Shown here piece by piece: positions 17,804-27,606 of a DNA stretch of 44,258 bases; the first letter of the stretch is position 1; every line of letters starts with the position of its first letter. The notes beneath the pieces were generated by a model that was given only the letters and a program-made list of their open reading frames with translations, made no database searches and had not been told where the DNA came from. The position numbers and the translations under genes are program-made. The stretch lies in NCBI GenBank assembly GCA_902772905.1, contig CACYCL010000164.1, forward strand, positions 1 to 44,258. Reading direction: 5' to 3'. This stretch comes from an uncultured bacterium (lineage in GTDB: Bacteria > Verrucomicrobiota > Kiritimatiellia > RFP12 > UBA1067).

Positions 17804-20094
17804 TTATTCAGTTTCTCCTGTACAAACTTCTCCCAATACAAGCCGACAAGCCGCTCTGTGGCCGGCGTGGTGACGCGGAACTCAGGAGGGAGCCCGCGAA
17901 CCTCGAAGATGCGCGAGGCGTGGTCGGTCTTGCGTATCTCGCTGAGTCCAAATAGCTTCGCGAACTTCTCGCCGTCCTGCGAAACCACGTCCGCAGCCAG
18001 ACTCGCCCCGAATATGCCCCGCTCGGCCAATGCAACGAAGTCAGCAACCATGGCGTCAAACATCGTCAGCAGAAGCGAAGCACCTCGGTGTGCAGGATGA
18101 ATCACAATAGACGCAAAGTACATGCGGTATATGCCAGGACGATCAAATGTCAGCACCATGTCTGACGTAAGAGCCGTATCGATGAACCTGCCAGTGAGGA
18201 TGCGGTCGTATATCTCGTCGCGGACTGGAAGCAGCATCGAGTAGGCAACGACTTCGCCGGTCTTGGAGTCCTTGATGACCAAACCATTCTCACGGTTCGC
18301 CTTGAAAAGCTCAATGTCCTGTTCTGGCGCAACCTGGTACGACTCTGTAAACGACTCGCGGTCAAGCGCGATTATGGCCTCGACATCCTCAATCGGAACG
18401 TCCTTGCCGCGCAGAACGACATAGCGCCCGCCCTTCTTGCGAGTGGACAGCGATCGACTCGCCCCGCCAAGCGGCACCGTGAAGACATTGCGGTTGACGC
18501 ATCCAGTAGGCACGTGGACGACTGGCAGGCCCAAGTCGTCAAGAGCCTCATGCACTCCGTCGTCGCGCAAGATCAGCTCCACGTTTTCCTTTCCGAACAG
18601 CAGCGATATTTCAACGCGGCAGTGCTCGCCGTTACGTTCGTGAAGCCGCTTAAGCGCCAGCATCAGGACATCTGTCGTGCGCTTGAGCGAGTTGTCCGAG
18701 CACGTTCCCCGCAGGGCTTCCCGCACGTCATCCAGCACAAGCGCGACCTTCTCGCCACTGCCAAGCGCAATCGACCACATGCGCACCAATGGTTCTGACA
18801 GACGACGGTGGAAGACAGGCAGCAACGCCGCCAGAGGGGCAAGCGGACCAACCGCAACCGCAAGGCAGACCCCGTCCATGCCGTAAATGGCACCGAAAAT
18901 GCACAGCAGCACCGTCGGCACGCCGAAGAACGCCAGCACAGACAGTCCAAGCGCACACACTGGACGCCCGATGCAGGAATAGTGCACGCAGAGCGGATAT
19001 GTAGCCGCATAGCCTGCGAGGCCGATGACGGTGAGGCGAATTGCACGAACGGTCGCCGCCGCAATCTCGGGGTTTCTTATGTCAAACAGCGACACAATCA
19101 GTTCGGGTGCAATCAATACAATTCCCATCAGCAAAACGCTCTCTGCCAGCGAAATGAACGAGGCAAAGCGCACCAGCCTCTTGACTGCCAGTCGATTCCC
19201 CTCGCTATGATAGGATGGCTCCATCATCCGAAGCGCCATGCCCGCACCACGGAAACAGACCGTCAGCCTGATGATGCAGAAGACGACGGCAGCGACCGGA
19301 AGCGATTCCACGCCATAGCGGACAATCATGAACTTCGCAACGACGAGAAAAAGGAACGCATGGAAGAATCCAGAACTAACCTCGCCAACGCTGACCCTGG
19401 TGGACTCGAGAAACGACTCCAGATCCCAGCGGAAGACAAACCGAAGTCCACCACATCCGCGCAGAATGGCAGGCAGCAGCAGCAGCACTCCAACAATGCA
19501 GGCAATCGACGCACCGACGGCAATGCCGGCGATTCCAAGTGCAGGGAAGCCCCACATCCCGCCACAAAGGCCATAGGACACGAACACGTTGACAAGGATC
19601 TGCGCCACGCACGAGACAACGCATAATCTCTCTCCGCCGTAGATGTAGACGACATGCACAAGCACAAGGTCAACCGTCCCGACAAACACCGTCATCGGCA
19701 GCCATCGGACTAACGCACCGGCCAACTCCGACTCCGCGCCGCCAGAAACCATGAACGACAGATAAGGTCCATGCAGGAGCGAAACGCCAAACGCCAGAGC
19801 CCCCCCCACGACAAGCGAGGCGATCAAGCCCTGCCCAGCCAGGACATTCGCGCGGTCGCGTTCAAGTCGGCCGAGCGCCTCCGCACAGGCCATCGCCGTG
19901 CCGACGGCTATAACGTCTATGCAAAAAGCGACTGCAGCGAATACAGGCATCAGCAACGCGATCGAACCAAGAGCCACTTCGCCAAGAACGCGCACGGATA
20001 TGATGACGCATGAGAGGACGAAGGCGTATTCGGCAACGATTATGCCTGTCGCCGCGCTGAGAAATCCCGTGAATGTGTGGTTTCGGACGGTCAT
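17800..20094 (-). CDS. MATE-family membrane protein fused to a degenerate HATPase-like domain and a GNAT-like domain
   Basis: About 430 aa of MATE-like TM repeats (LGEVALGSI, LGIAGIAVG, YGMDGVCLA); then VELILRDDG; then IIALDRESF..VVAYSMLLP..YFASIVIHPAHRG..VSQDGEKFAKLFGL. Confidence 0.75.
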   Translation of the reverse strand: MTVRNHTFTGFLSAATGIIVAEYAFVLSCVIISVRVLGEVALGSIALLMPVFAAVAFCIDVIAVGTAMACAEALGRLERDRANVLAGQGLIASLVVGGALAFGVSLLHGPYLSFMVSGGAESELAGALVRWLPMTVFVGTVDLVLVHVVYIYGGERLCVVSCVAQILVNVFVSYGLCGGMWGFPALGIAGIAVGASIACIVGVLLLLPAILRGCGGLRFVFRWDLESFLESTRVSVGEVSSGFFHAFLFLVVAKFMIVRYGVESLPVAAVVFCIIRLTVCFRGAGMALRMMEPSYHSEGNRLAVKRLVRFASFISLAESVLLMGIVLIAPELIVSLFDIRNPEIAAATVRAIRLTVIGLAGYAATYPLCVHYSCIGRPVCALGLSVLAFFGVPTVLLCIFGAIYGMDGVCLAVAVGPLAPLAALLPVFHRRLSEPLVRMWSIALGSGEKVALVLDDVREALRGTCSDNSLKRTTDVLMLALKRLHERNGEHCRVEISLLFGKENVELILRDDGVHEALDDLGLPVVHVPTGCVNRNVFTVPLGGASRSLSTRKKGGRYVVLRGKDVPIEDVEAIIALDRESFTESYQVAPEQDIELFKANRENGLVIKDSKTGEVVAYSMLLPVRDEIYDRILTGRFIDTALTSDMVLTFDRPGIYRMYFASIVIHPAHRGASLLLTMFDAMVADFVALAERGIFGASLAADVVSQDGEKFAKLFGLSEIRKTDHASRIFEVRGLPPEFRVTTPATERLVGLYWEKFVQEKLNK

Positions 20095-20109
20095 GTCATT
20101 CTGTTTATT

Positions 20110-21786
20110 TTAGGTCTTGAAGATGTATTCCGACCGGTTGCAGTTGAGCGTGTTAAGATAACGTCTCTCTGCGAGGGACGAAAGGTGTGGCGTGTGCGCC
20201 GTGACGTCGAATGCCTTGCCGGTATCACGTGTTACTATGCGCACGACGCCTGGCCTGTCGAGGAAGACGGCATAGTCCGCAATCGCCCTCTCCTGCCGCG
20301 CAGCAGAGAGGACGCCAGACTCTTCAACCACCAACTTTACGCGCTCGACAACATGGACAGGAATGCCTTGCCCAGCAAGATAGTCCGCAATGCGCCCTGC
20401 GGCAGCGGTAGCGGCAGACCGCGTAAGGTTCACGGAGAAATCCAGAATTAAGCCATTGTCTGGTTCTACCAGCCACGGGAAGCGGCTCATGCCGTGACGA
20501 ACGACGACAACGACAAACGGATATGCCGCAGCTAGCGCATAGCCGAACACGAAGCCAATCCACAGTCCATTGAAGCCCCAGACATGCATGCACGGAAATA
20601 TCATCAACCCAGGCAGCACAAGGTCCTTCATGTACGTCACAGACACGGCGAACGACACATGCCGAACCACGAGGAAGTGGGTGTTGACCATCATGAGAAA
20701 GCCCATGAACGGCATTGCGCAGGCAAGGATGCGAATCATCGACACCGCCTCTGGAAGGAGCGAAGCGGCCGAGCCGCGTATGCCGTAGAGAGGCGCAAGA
20801 ACCGGTGCGAACGCTGCGAACGCTGCACCGCACACGACACCCTCCAGCGTCGCCATCAGCGCCGAATGGTTCGCAAGCCGACGCAAGGCGACATGGTTGC
20901 CCTCGCCCATGTACATGCCACCGAGCGGAATCAACGCCTCTCCTACGCCGTCAAATACGATTGAAAACTCAACAACGCTCGCAGCAAGCGCAACAATCGG
21001 AAGGAGCCTCTCGCCGAACTCCACGACGGTCACCTTGTTGACCAGCATAATCAGGAGTCCCCAGCAAAGATAGATCGAGGCATCAGGAAGCGAGCCGGCA
21101 CACGTCGCGCCAAAATCCTTCACGGACCAATGACGAACAAACTTAAGGTGGTTGTTGTCGCGAAGAAAATGAAGCGACGCGACCGCAATCACCAGAAGCA
21201 TCGTGAGCGCCGTGCCAGCCGACGCTCCGGCAGCCGTGCCAGTCACATTCGTGAAAAGAACGGCGAACCCTATCGACCCTGCTACATGGCATCCGCCGGC
21301 CGCAGCAGCCACGACACAGTCGCCGTCGGCATAGACGAGCGCCTCCATCAAGAGCACCATCGGCGTGAGAGCCATTGCGACCGTCTGCCACGTCCAGTAC
21401 GCCACGGACTGTGCGCGGACAGCGCCAGTCACCCCGGTGAAATCCAGAAAGGCGTCTCGCCCAATCATCATCGCGAGCGCCAGCGTGACGCCGAAGATGA
21501 CTGCTAGGGCGAACGACTGAGTGAACACGCCGCCAGCCCGCTGGTCGTCGAACGCGCCCATCGCCTGAGAGAACACAAGCCCTGTGCCTACAGAAAGAAG
21601 AGACGCCACAAAGCTCGCAAGGCCGAAAATAGGGGTACATGCGCTCACTGCGGAGAGTCCATCCGCGCCGACAAGGTTGCCGACTATGACCGAACCCGAA
21701 AGCATCACAATGTAGTTTACCGACATCGTGACCGTAGCAATGCCAAGCATCGCGTTGAACTTTCGACGAATGAACGAGACTTCCAT
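20110..21786 (-). CDS. MATE-family transporter with C-terminal anti-sigma-kinase-like (HATPase_c_2) domain
   Basis: IVGNLVGADGLSAV, WGFNGLWIGF MATE motifs; C-terminal KLVVEE..RIVTRDTGKAFD; start 21786 preferred, 21816 possible. Confidence 0.8.
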   Translation of the reverse strand: MEVSFIRRKFNAMLGIATVTMSVNYIVMLSGSVIVGNLVGADGLSAVSACTPIFGLASFVASLLSVGTGLVFSQAMGAFDDQRAGGVFTQSFALAVIFGVTLALAMMIGRDAFLDFTGVTGAVRAQSVAYWTWQTVAMALTPMVLLMEALVYADGDCVVAAAAGGCHVAGSIGFAVLFTNVTGTAAGASAGTALTMLLVIAVASLHFLRDNNHLKFVRHWSVKDFGATCAGSLPDASIYLCWGLLIMLVNKVTVVEFGERLLPIVALAASVVEFSIVFDGVGEALIPLGGMYMGEGNHVALRRLANHSALMATLEGVVCGAAFAAFAPVLAPLYGIRGSAASLLPEAVSMIRILACAMPFMGFLMMVNTHFLVVRHVSFAVSVTYMKDLVLPGLMIFPCMHVWGFNGLWIGFVFGYALAAAYPFVVVVVRHGMSRFPWLVEPDNGLILDFSVNLTRSAATAAAGRIADYLAGQGIPVHVVERVKLVVEESGVLSAARQERAIADYAVFLDRPGVVRIVTRDTGKAFDVTAHTPHLSSLAERRYLNTLNCNRSEYIFKT

Positions 21787-21831
21787 GCAAGAACACCTTA
21801 CTTCCATCTGCCGCACACGCGACTTGGGCGT

Positions 21832-21861
21832 ATTATAGCAAAACCATTCTCATGGTGTCAT
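21832..21861 (-). promoter_or_regulatory. Promoter of the MATE-lipoprotein operon
   Basis: ATGACA, 18 nt, TATAAT with TGC extended -10. Confidence 0.55.
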
Positions 21862-21870
21862 CATGAATCG

Positions 21871-22344
21871 TCAACGTGCGACACAACTCGACCATTTCGC
21901 CAAATGCCTGAGGATGAACGAGAATGTTTTCTCGCGCTCGTCCTCGGTCTTGAGTGCACATTCCCAGATTACAAGCAAATTCCATCCGTTTTCCGCCCAC
22001 GCCTTCTCATGCTCGGCATCTCGCCGAACGTTTCGCCTGAATTTCGCATTCCAGAACGCACGGTTGGACTTTGGGCTTGTCGCGGAACTGCACATCGCCG
22101 TCTGCACGAGTTTGCGTCCATCCCATTCCCAGCCATGGTGATGCCAGAAGCATCCACGAATCTCAATGAGAGCACGGCACTTCGGAATGACTATGTCTGG
22201 ATGCCCGACGATTCTCTTGTCGCATACGCGAAAGCGGTAACCGTGCGCCCAAAGCATCTTCCGCACAACAACCTCGGGCAGCGTGTCTCGCGAATGAATC
22301 GCCGCCATGATCTTCGACCTTTTCTCTGGACTAATTGTATCCAT
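21871..22344 (-). CDS. vsr: Very short patch repair endonuclease
   Basis: MDTISPEKRSKIMAAIHSRDTLPE, GYRFR, GHPDI, GCFWH, FWNAKFRRNVRRD, GW.LLVIWEC. Confidence 0.93.
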   Translation of the reverse strand: MDTISPEKRSKIMAAIHSRDTLPEVVVRKMLWAHGYRFRVCDKRIVGHPDIVIPKCRALIEIRGCFWHHHGWEWDGRKLVQTAMCSSATSPKSNRAFWNAKFRRNVRRDAEHEKAWAENGWNLLVIWECALKTEDEREKTFSFILRHLAKWSSCVAR

Positions 22345-22411
22345 ATCTAGATCATGACATGATTACTCTCGTTCATAGCCAGCACGTCTGTAGCATTTCA
22401 TAGTGCTTGCC

Positions 22412-24760
22412 TCATGTCGGTGCGAGCGCGGCGGCGCGCCAGAACGCCTGTCCGTCGGCTATGAGCTCGCGCAACGACTCCTTGCGACGCAGCAGCTCGT
22501 CCACGCGCTCCTCTATTGTCCCGGCGGACACGAACAGGTGCACGAACACAGTCTTCGCCTGGCCTATGCGGTGCGCTCTATCTGTTGCCTGGCCTTCGAC
22601 AGCCGGATTCCACCAGCGGTCATAGTGTATTACATGTGTCGCCTTGGTAAGATTAAGGCCTGATCCGCCAGCCTTGAGCGACAATATGAAAATTCCAGGG
22701 CTGCTTGAATTCTGGAAGTCACGCACAAGACGTTCTCTCGATGCAGCGTCCAGCCCGCCATGCAGGAACGGGAAAGTGCGCCCCAGGCGCTCTGCAAGCA
22801 TCCGTTGCATGGCTGCGCCAACCTTGGCGTACTGCGTGAACACCAACGCAGATTCGCCATTCGCGATTGTCTGACTTGCAAGTTCCACAAGACGCTCCAC
22901 CTTCGCCCCGTCGATCTTCTCTCCGTCGAATCCGTCGCAAACCAGCTTCAGCCTTGTAAGCAACGCAAATATGTCGCCCTGCGCATGGTCCCCAGCGCGG
23001 AAATCTTCAAGCGCCGATTCGTAATCGCGACGCTGCGCCGGAAAGAGCGCACAGTACTCGCGTATCTCGCGCTTCTCTCCAAGCTCTGCTGCAATGCCTG
23101 GATCCGTCTTCAGACGACGCAGGACAAACGGTTCGAGGGCATGCCGCAGCCGCTTCGCGGCGGAGCCGTTGGAATCTGCCGCTATCGGACGAACGAACCG
23201 CTCGACGAACGACCGTCTATCCCCCAGAAACCCAGGGTTAAGGAATTCCTCCAGCGACCACAGGTCAAATACCGAATTCTCCACTGGCGTTCCAGTAAGC
23301 GCAACACGCATCCGCGGCGACAAGGCCCGAATGGCTCGCGACGCCTGCGTGTCAGGATTCTTCACCGCCTGAGCCTCATCAAGCACAAGCGCGCCCCATT
23401 TCACTTCCGACACAAGCGAATAGTCCCTTACAAGCAAAGCATAGCTTGTTATGACGACATCAGATTCGGCAGCTGCACGGCGGAATCCGCTTGCAACGTG
23501 ACGTTTCTCGCCCTGGTGCACATACACTTTCATCTCCGGCGCAAAAGACGCAAATTCATGCACCCAGTTCGAGAGAAGCGTGAGCGGCGCGATTATGAGC
23601 ACTGGGTCTTCCGCCATGCTTTGCGACGCTTCCAAGAGCCACGCTATTACCTGAACCGTCTTGCCAAGGCCCATATCGTCGGCAAGAAGCGCACCGAAGC
23701 CGTGGTCAGTGAGAAAACGAAGCCAAGCAACACCATCTCGCTGGTAACCGCGGAGCGCACCTGAGAAACCATCTGGAGCGGCATTGACTCGCTCAATCGC
23801 ACCTTTTCCCTGTGAGCGCAATTCGCCCACCAAGCCGCGCAGCCATCCATGAGTGCGCACACCATCTATCTCAAGCCGCCCCACATGGCCGATTCCTAGC
23901 GCGAACGAAAGCACGCCAGACTTGCGGTCGACGCCTTTCTCCAGCGCCCGAAGGGCTTCCTTCAAAATACCCCTGTCCACCTCTATCCAGTGCTCACGAA
24001 AGAACACGAGAGAGGAACCCTGGTCTAGAAGAAATCGTATCTCGTCGGCGGTGACGGGTTCGCCAGCGACACGCACCACAAGACGAATGGCATGATCCTG
24101 CCGCCCGGCATTCCGCCCATCCAACGGCGTTTCAGGCGCATCTATCTCTGCCTCGGCTGTTATGGCCGCCGCCATGTCAACGCCGACAACGCCATATCCA
24201 GCATCGCGCAACTCACGCGCACCTTGGCGGACGAAGTCCTCTGCCTCTCCGCGTGTGAGTTCCACGCGAAGGCGCCCCTCTGGCGCTCCAGACGCCCTGA
24301 GACCGCGCAAAGCTCCCCAGACATACGCGGCAAGACCCAACGCACGCAGTGCGCGCACGCCCTTCGGAGTCTGGCATGACACGAAGAACTTGTCACCTTC
24401 CGTATCAAGCGAGAAGCTTATGCCACGGCGCGCGGCTGCATCTGGCGCGGCATTCCCGCTCCACGCCAAAAGCTCTGCGGCAAAAGCGCTACATTCGGAG
24501 TCGTCCCATTCGACAAGCCCAGTGCGCGACCGCAGCGCAAGCATCCACGCATCATGCAATGTATCATGATTCTGGTATTCAGCGTCTTCGGAGAGGCGTG
24601 TAATGTTTGCCGCGCGGACGAATTCATCGACCCAGTCGTTGTCGCATCCAACGCCGCGCCAGCGCGCATGCCACCCATCGTCCTCCTTTACGAGGCAAGG
24701 GTAGAACTTCCCATCAGCGACAAGACCGAGGGCCTCACGCTGTCTCGGGCTTAGCTTCAT
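22412..24760 (-). CDS. SNF2-family (Swi2/Snf2) helicase/ATPase
   Basis: LRGYQ, LADDMGLGKT, LDEAQAVKN, LTGTPVEN, LVFTQY, LSLKAGGSGLNLT, DRWWNPAVEGQATDRAHRIGQ; ATG at 24760 preferred. Confidence 0.95.
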   Translation of the reverse strand: MKLSPRQREALGLVADGKFYPCLVKEDDGWHARWRGVGCDNDWVDEFVRAANITRLSEDAEYQNHDTLHDAWMLALRSRTGLVEWDDSECSAFAAELLAWSGNAAPDAAARRGISFSLDTEGDKFFVSCQTPKGVRALRALGLAAYVWGALRGLRASGAPEGRLRVELTRGEAEDFVRQGARELRDAGYGVVGVDMAAAITAEAEIDAPETPLDGRNAGRQDHAIRLVVRVAGEPVTADEIRFLLDQGSSLVFFREHWIEVDRGILKEALRALEKGVDRKSGVLSFALGIGHVGRLEIDGVRTHGWLRGLVGELRSQGKGAIERVNAAPDGFSGALRGYQRDGVAWLRFLTDHGFGALLADDMGLGKTVQVIAWLLEASQSMAEDPVLIIAPLTLLSNWVHEFASFAPEMKVYVHQGEKRHVASGFRRAAAESDVVITSYALLVRDYSLVSEVKWGALVLDEAQAVKNPDTQASRAIRALSPRMRVALTGTPVENSVFDLWSLEEFLNPGFLGDRRSFVERFVRPIAADSNGSAAKRLRHALEPFVLRRLKTDPGIAAELGEKREIREYCALFPAQRRDYESALEDFRAGDHAQGDIFALLTRLKLVCDGFDGEKIDGAKVERLVELASQTIANGESALVFTQYAKVGAAMQRMLAERLGRTFPFLHGGLDAASRERLVRDFQNSSSPGIFILSLKAGGSGLNLTKATHVIHYDRWWNPAVEGQATDRAHRIGQAKTVFVHLFVSAGTIEERVDELLRRKESLRELIADGQAFWRAAALAPT

Positions 24761-25310
24761 TCCCTTCGTCTGGCGCGGAGTCCTCCTCGGTGGCGACTTC
24801 ACCAAGCGTCTTCGTGCCGGAAAGAAGCGCTACGACTTGCTGCTGCACCTCGGATAGATTCTCCAGCCGAAGGCGAGGATCGAGGATTACGAAAGTGTCG
24901 CCCTGCTTGCGATCTTCGTAGACGCGGCGGATCGAACCGTCTTCCAGCTCCTTCGCGTCGCGCTCGACGAGTGTCTTCGACCGCTCAAGCATGACGGCGA
25001 GAACGTACACGACATTCTTCATCGCCGGGTCGTCCATCGTCACTAGCTGACGTAGAAGTTCACCCGCATCCTCCTTCTTCAGCGGCTCCTTCTTGGTTTC
25101 TCGCACTGGCGCGTAGTACACTCCATCCCACTGCGAAAAAGGTTCCCAATCACGTGGCAAAGCCTTCCAGCATTCTGGATGGCAGTCGTAGCGCTCGTAG
25201 CCGCCAACGACCTCCCTGAGCGCCGAAACGACAGGAGTCTTATCAACAAGCGGCTTCTGACAGAGCGAGCAGAAATGCCCGCGCGAACGTATATTCCATT
25301 CCTGAGACAT
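24735..25310 (-). CDS. Hypothetical protein with putative Zn-binding N-terminus
   Basis: CSLC and CHPECW; YVLAVMLERSKTL; tightly packed in the operon. Confidence 0.7.
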   Translation of the reverse strand: MSQEWNIRSRGHFCSLCQKPLVDKTPVVSALREVVGGYERYDCHPECWKALPRDWEPFSQWDGVYYAPVRETKKEPLKKEDAGELLRQLVTMDDPAMKNVVYVLAVMLERSKTLVERDAKELEDGSIRRVYEDRKQGDTFVILDPRLRLENLSEVQQQVVALLSGTKTLGEVATEEDSAPDEGNEAKPETA

Positions 25311-25766
25311 CTATTTCATCTGTTTGCGCCTGCGGTATTCCATGACAATCCGCTTGACTATATGGTACATGATCGGCGAGAATATCAACGCCAAAGCGAG
25401 GCCGCCAAGGAAGAAGCTGATTATGACAGGCCCCGACAGCGCCATTACGCTCTGGCGCGTCCACTCCGTGGGCAGCTCGCCCATTTCCCGTCTGCCGAAC
25501 AAGATGTTGTACACAACATACGTCTGCGCCGGGTAGATGAAGAATATCGTCAGCGGATTAGTGACGAACGTGCCAACTGTCGCACCGACCTTCGACACCC
25601 GCATCATCAGCGCAAGCGGAACCGACACTATGAGCTGCAGCCCGAAAGGGATGGCAAAACCGACAAACACGCCCAATGCCCAACCCGCCGCTACGCTCTC
25701 CGGAGGAAGAGGGTCTCTGACCATCTTCTCGCGGAGGTCATGCCAGCACGTTAAGATAGACCGCAT
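25311..25766 (-). CDS. DUF2062 family membrane protein
   Basis: PESVAAGWALGVFVGFAIPFGLQ, TFVTNPLT..IY. Confidence 0.85.
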   Translation of the reverse strand: MRSILTCWHDLREKMVRDPLPPESVAAGWALGVFVGFAIPFGLQLIVSVPLALMMRVSKVGATVGTFVTNPLTIFFIYPAQTYVVYNILFGRREMGELPTEWTRQSVMALSGPVIISFFLGGLALALIFSPIMYHIVKRIVMEYRRRKQMK

Positions 25767-26959
25767 CAGACCGTATGGACGAAAAGTCCGCTCCTCAGTT
25801 TAGGCTCAAACCACGTTGACTTCGGCGGCATAATCGCGCCAGCATCAGCTATCGCCATCATCTCGTCAACCGTGACAGGCTCCATGGCGAACGCGACGGC
25901 GTTCTCGCCAGAGTCGACCTTCGCCGCAAGCGCATCGTCGCCGCGTATGCCGCCCATGAACGAGATGCGCGAATCCGTGCGAGGGTCGCCTATGCCGAGG
26001 ACCGGCGCAAGAAGCCTGTCCTGCAGATAGGAGACGTCAAGTGCTCCGACAACGTCCGTTCCTGAAGGTATGCTCCACGAAAGATCCGTCCACTTTCCGC
26101 GGAAGTACATGCGGCAGTTGCGGTCGCCGCGCCGACCAATGGCGAAGTTCTCCGAAATCCTCGACATGAACTCGTAGTCGGAGAGTCCGTTGAGATCGGC
26201 AACAAGGCGGTTGTAGGCAAGAATCCTAAGCTGACTGGCTGGGAATATCACAGCCATGAACCAGCGGCTCTCGCCCTCGAAGCCACGTTCCTTGGCATAG
26301 CGAGCGGCGGCGGCGGAACGATGGTGTCCATCGGCAATGTACGCAACAGGCACACGGGCAAAAAGCTCTACAAGCTCGTCGGCAGTGCAAGACGACGCAG
26401 GCGCGATCTCCCACACGGTGTGGCCGATTCCATCAGGAGCCACAAAGTCATACAGCGGAGAGCGCGCACACGCTTCCTCGACGATTGTGTCTATCGCCTT
26501 GTCATCGCGATAGGTGAGGAACGCAGGGCCAGTATGCGCCGCAAGCGTCTCGATGTGACGCGTACGGTCGTCTTCCTTGTCCTTGCGGGTCTTCTCATGC
26601 TGCTTGAGAACGCCGGCTATGTAGTCCTTCGTGTCGAACGTCGCGACAATGCCAGTCTGACGGTGCGAACCCATCGTCTGACGGTAGGCGTAGAACTTGG
26701 GTTCGGAGTCGCGCACGAGCGTACCGTCGGCAACGAGACCGTCAAGGGCACGGCGCGCCTGGGCATACGCCTCTGGCGAAGAGCAGCCCGTGCCGTCCGG
26801 AAGGTCTATTTCGGGACGCGACACATGCAGGAAGCTCTTTGGATTGCCCGCCGCCAATGCCTTGGCCTCGGCAGTATCAACAACATCATAAGGAACGGAC
26901 GCGACCAAGGCCGCGTCCTTCTCGTTCGGCCTGACGGCCGCAAATGGATGTATATTCAT
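25766..26959 (-). CDS. DUF1015 family protein
   Basis: IHPFAAVRP, VPYDVV, KQHEKTR, YIADGHHRSAAA, MPPKSTWFEPKLRSGL. Confidence 0.92.
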   Translation of the reverse strand: MNIHPFAAVRPNEKDAALVASVPYDVVDTAEAKALAAGNPKSFLHVSRPEIDLPDGTGCSSPEAYAQARRALDGLVADGTLVRDSEPKFYAYRQTMGSHRQTGIVATFDTKDYIAGVLKQHEKTRKDKEDDRTRHIETLAAHTGPAFLTYRDDKAIDTIVEEACARSPLYDFVAPDGIGHTVWEIAPASSCTADELVELFARVPVAYIADGHHRSAAAARYAKERGFEGESRWFMAVIFPASQLRILAYNRLVADLNGLSDYEFMSRISENFAIGRRGDRNCRMYFRGKWTDLSWSIPSGTDVVGALDVSYLQDRLLAPVLGIGDPRTDSRISFMGGIRGDDALAAKVDSGENAVAFAMEPVTVDEMMAIADAGAIMPPKSTWFEPKLRSGLFVHTV

Positions 26960-26965
26960 TTTATG

Positions 26966-27535
26966 TCAGAACCCAACGTTCACAATTGGAAAGAACTGGA
27001 GCTCGGCGTCACGAATGACGTTGACAACGCCAATCTGATACCCGTACATAGTCTCGCAGCGGTTAATAAGGCCGAACTGCAGGCCACGCGCCTCGCCAGC
27101 CGTGTTCACAAGACCCACCTGAACGCCGCGCACGTGCCCAGTCTCGTTCCAAAGGCCAGCCTGAACACCGCAGAAGTCGCAACCGCCTGCCGAGTTGTAC
27201 AAGCCAACCTGCACGCCTGAGATGTCGTCCTTCACATCGTTGCGCAGGACGTTCAGCATCAGACCTTCGAACGTGAGCGCACGACCCCAAAGCCCGATGT
27301 CAAAACCAGTCACGTTCTCTTGACGCGTCGAGAACGGAATCGTGAACCTTACACCAACGACATCCACCGACTCTGGGTATTCGCAAATGGCGACGAACGC
27401 TGGCCATACATTGCTTTCACGGCGGCGCTCTTCGCGCGGCTGTTGCGACTGTTCATCAATGCTGGGCACGATTTCCTGCGCCAACAGCGGCATTGCGAGC
27501 GCTGCGGATACGGCAAGCGAAAAGACTTTCTTCAT
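26966..27535 (-). CDS. Secreted protein with GxQxGLxN repeats (LA_2272-like surface repeat family)
   Basis: Signal peptide; GVQVGLYN, GVQAGLWN, GVQVGLVN, GLQFGLIN, GYQIGVVN; ends FFPIVNVGF. Confidence 0.75.
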   Translation of the reverse strand: MKKVFSLAVSAALAMPLLAQEIVPSIDEQSQQPREERRRESNVWPAFVAICEYPESVDVVGVRFTIPFSTRQENVTGFDIGLWGRALTFEGLMLNVLRNDVKDDISGVQVGLYNSAGGCDFCGVQAGLWNETGHVRGVQVGLVNTAGEARGLQFGLINRCETMYGYQIGVVNVIRDAELQFFPIVNVGF

Positions 27536-27567
27536 GTTGAATCCTCTTTAGCTGTTTTTGGTGGTTA

Positions 27568-27596
27568 ATTATATACTTTATTGGCTGAAAAATCAA
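27568..27596 (-). promoter_or_regulatory. sigma70-type promoter upstream of the 27535 gene run
   Basis: TTGATT, 17 nt, TATAAT in an AT-rich intergenic gap. Confidence 0.65.
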
Positions 27597-27606
27597 TCGG
27601 TGGCCG

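Noticed and set aside
21871-24760. Anti-phage defence island (vsr plus SNF2)
   Set aside because: No methylase, restriction nuclease or other defence gene adjoins; SNF2 is embedded in a housekeeping-like run
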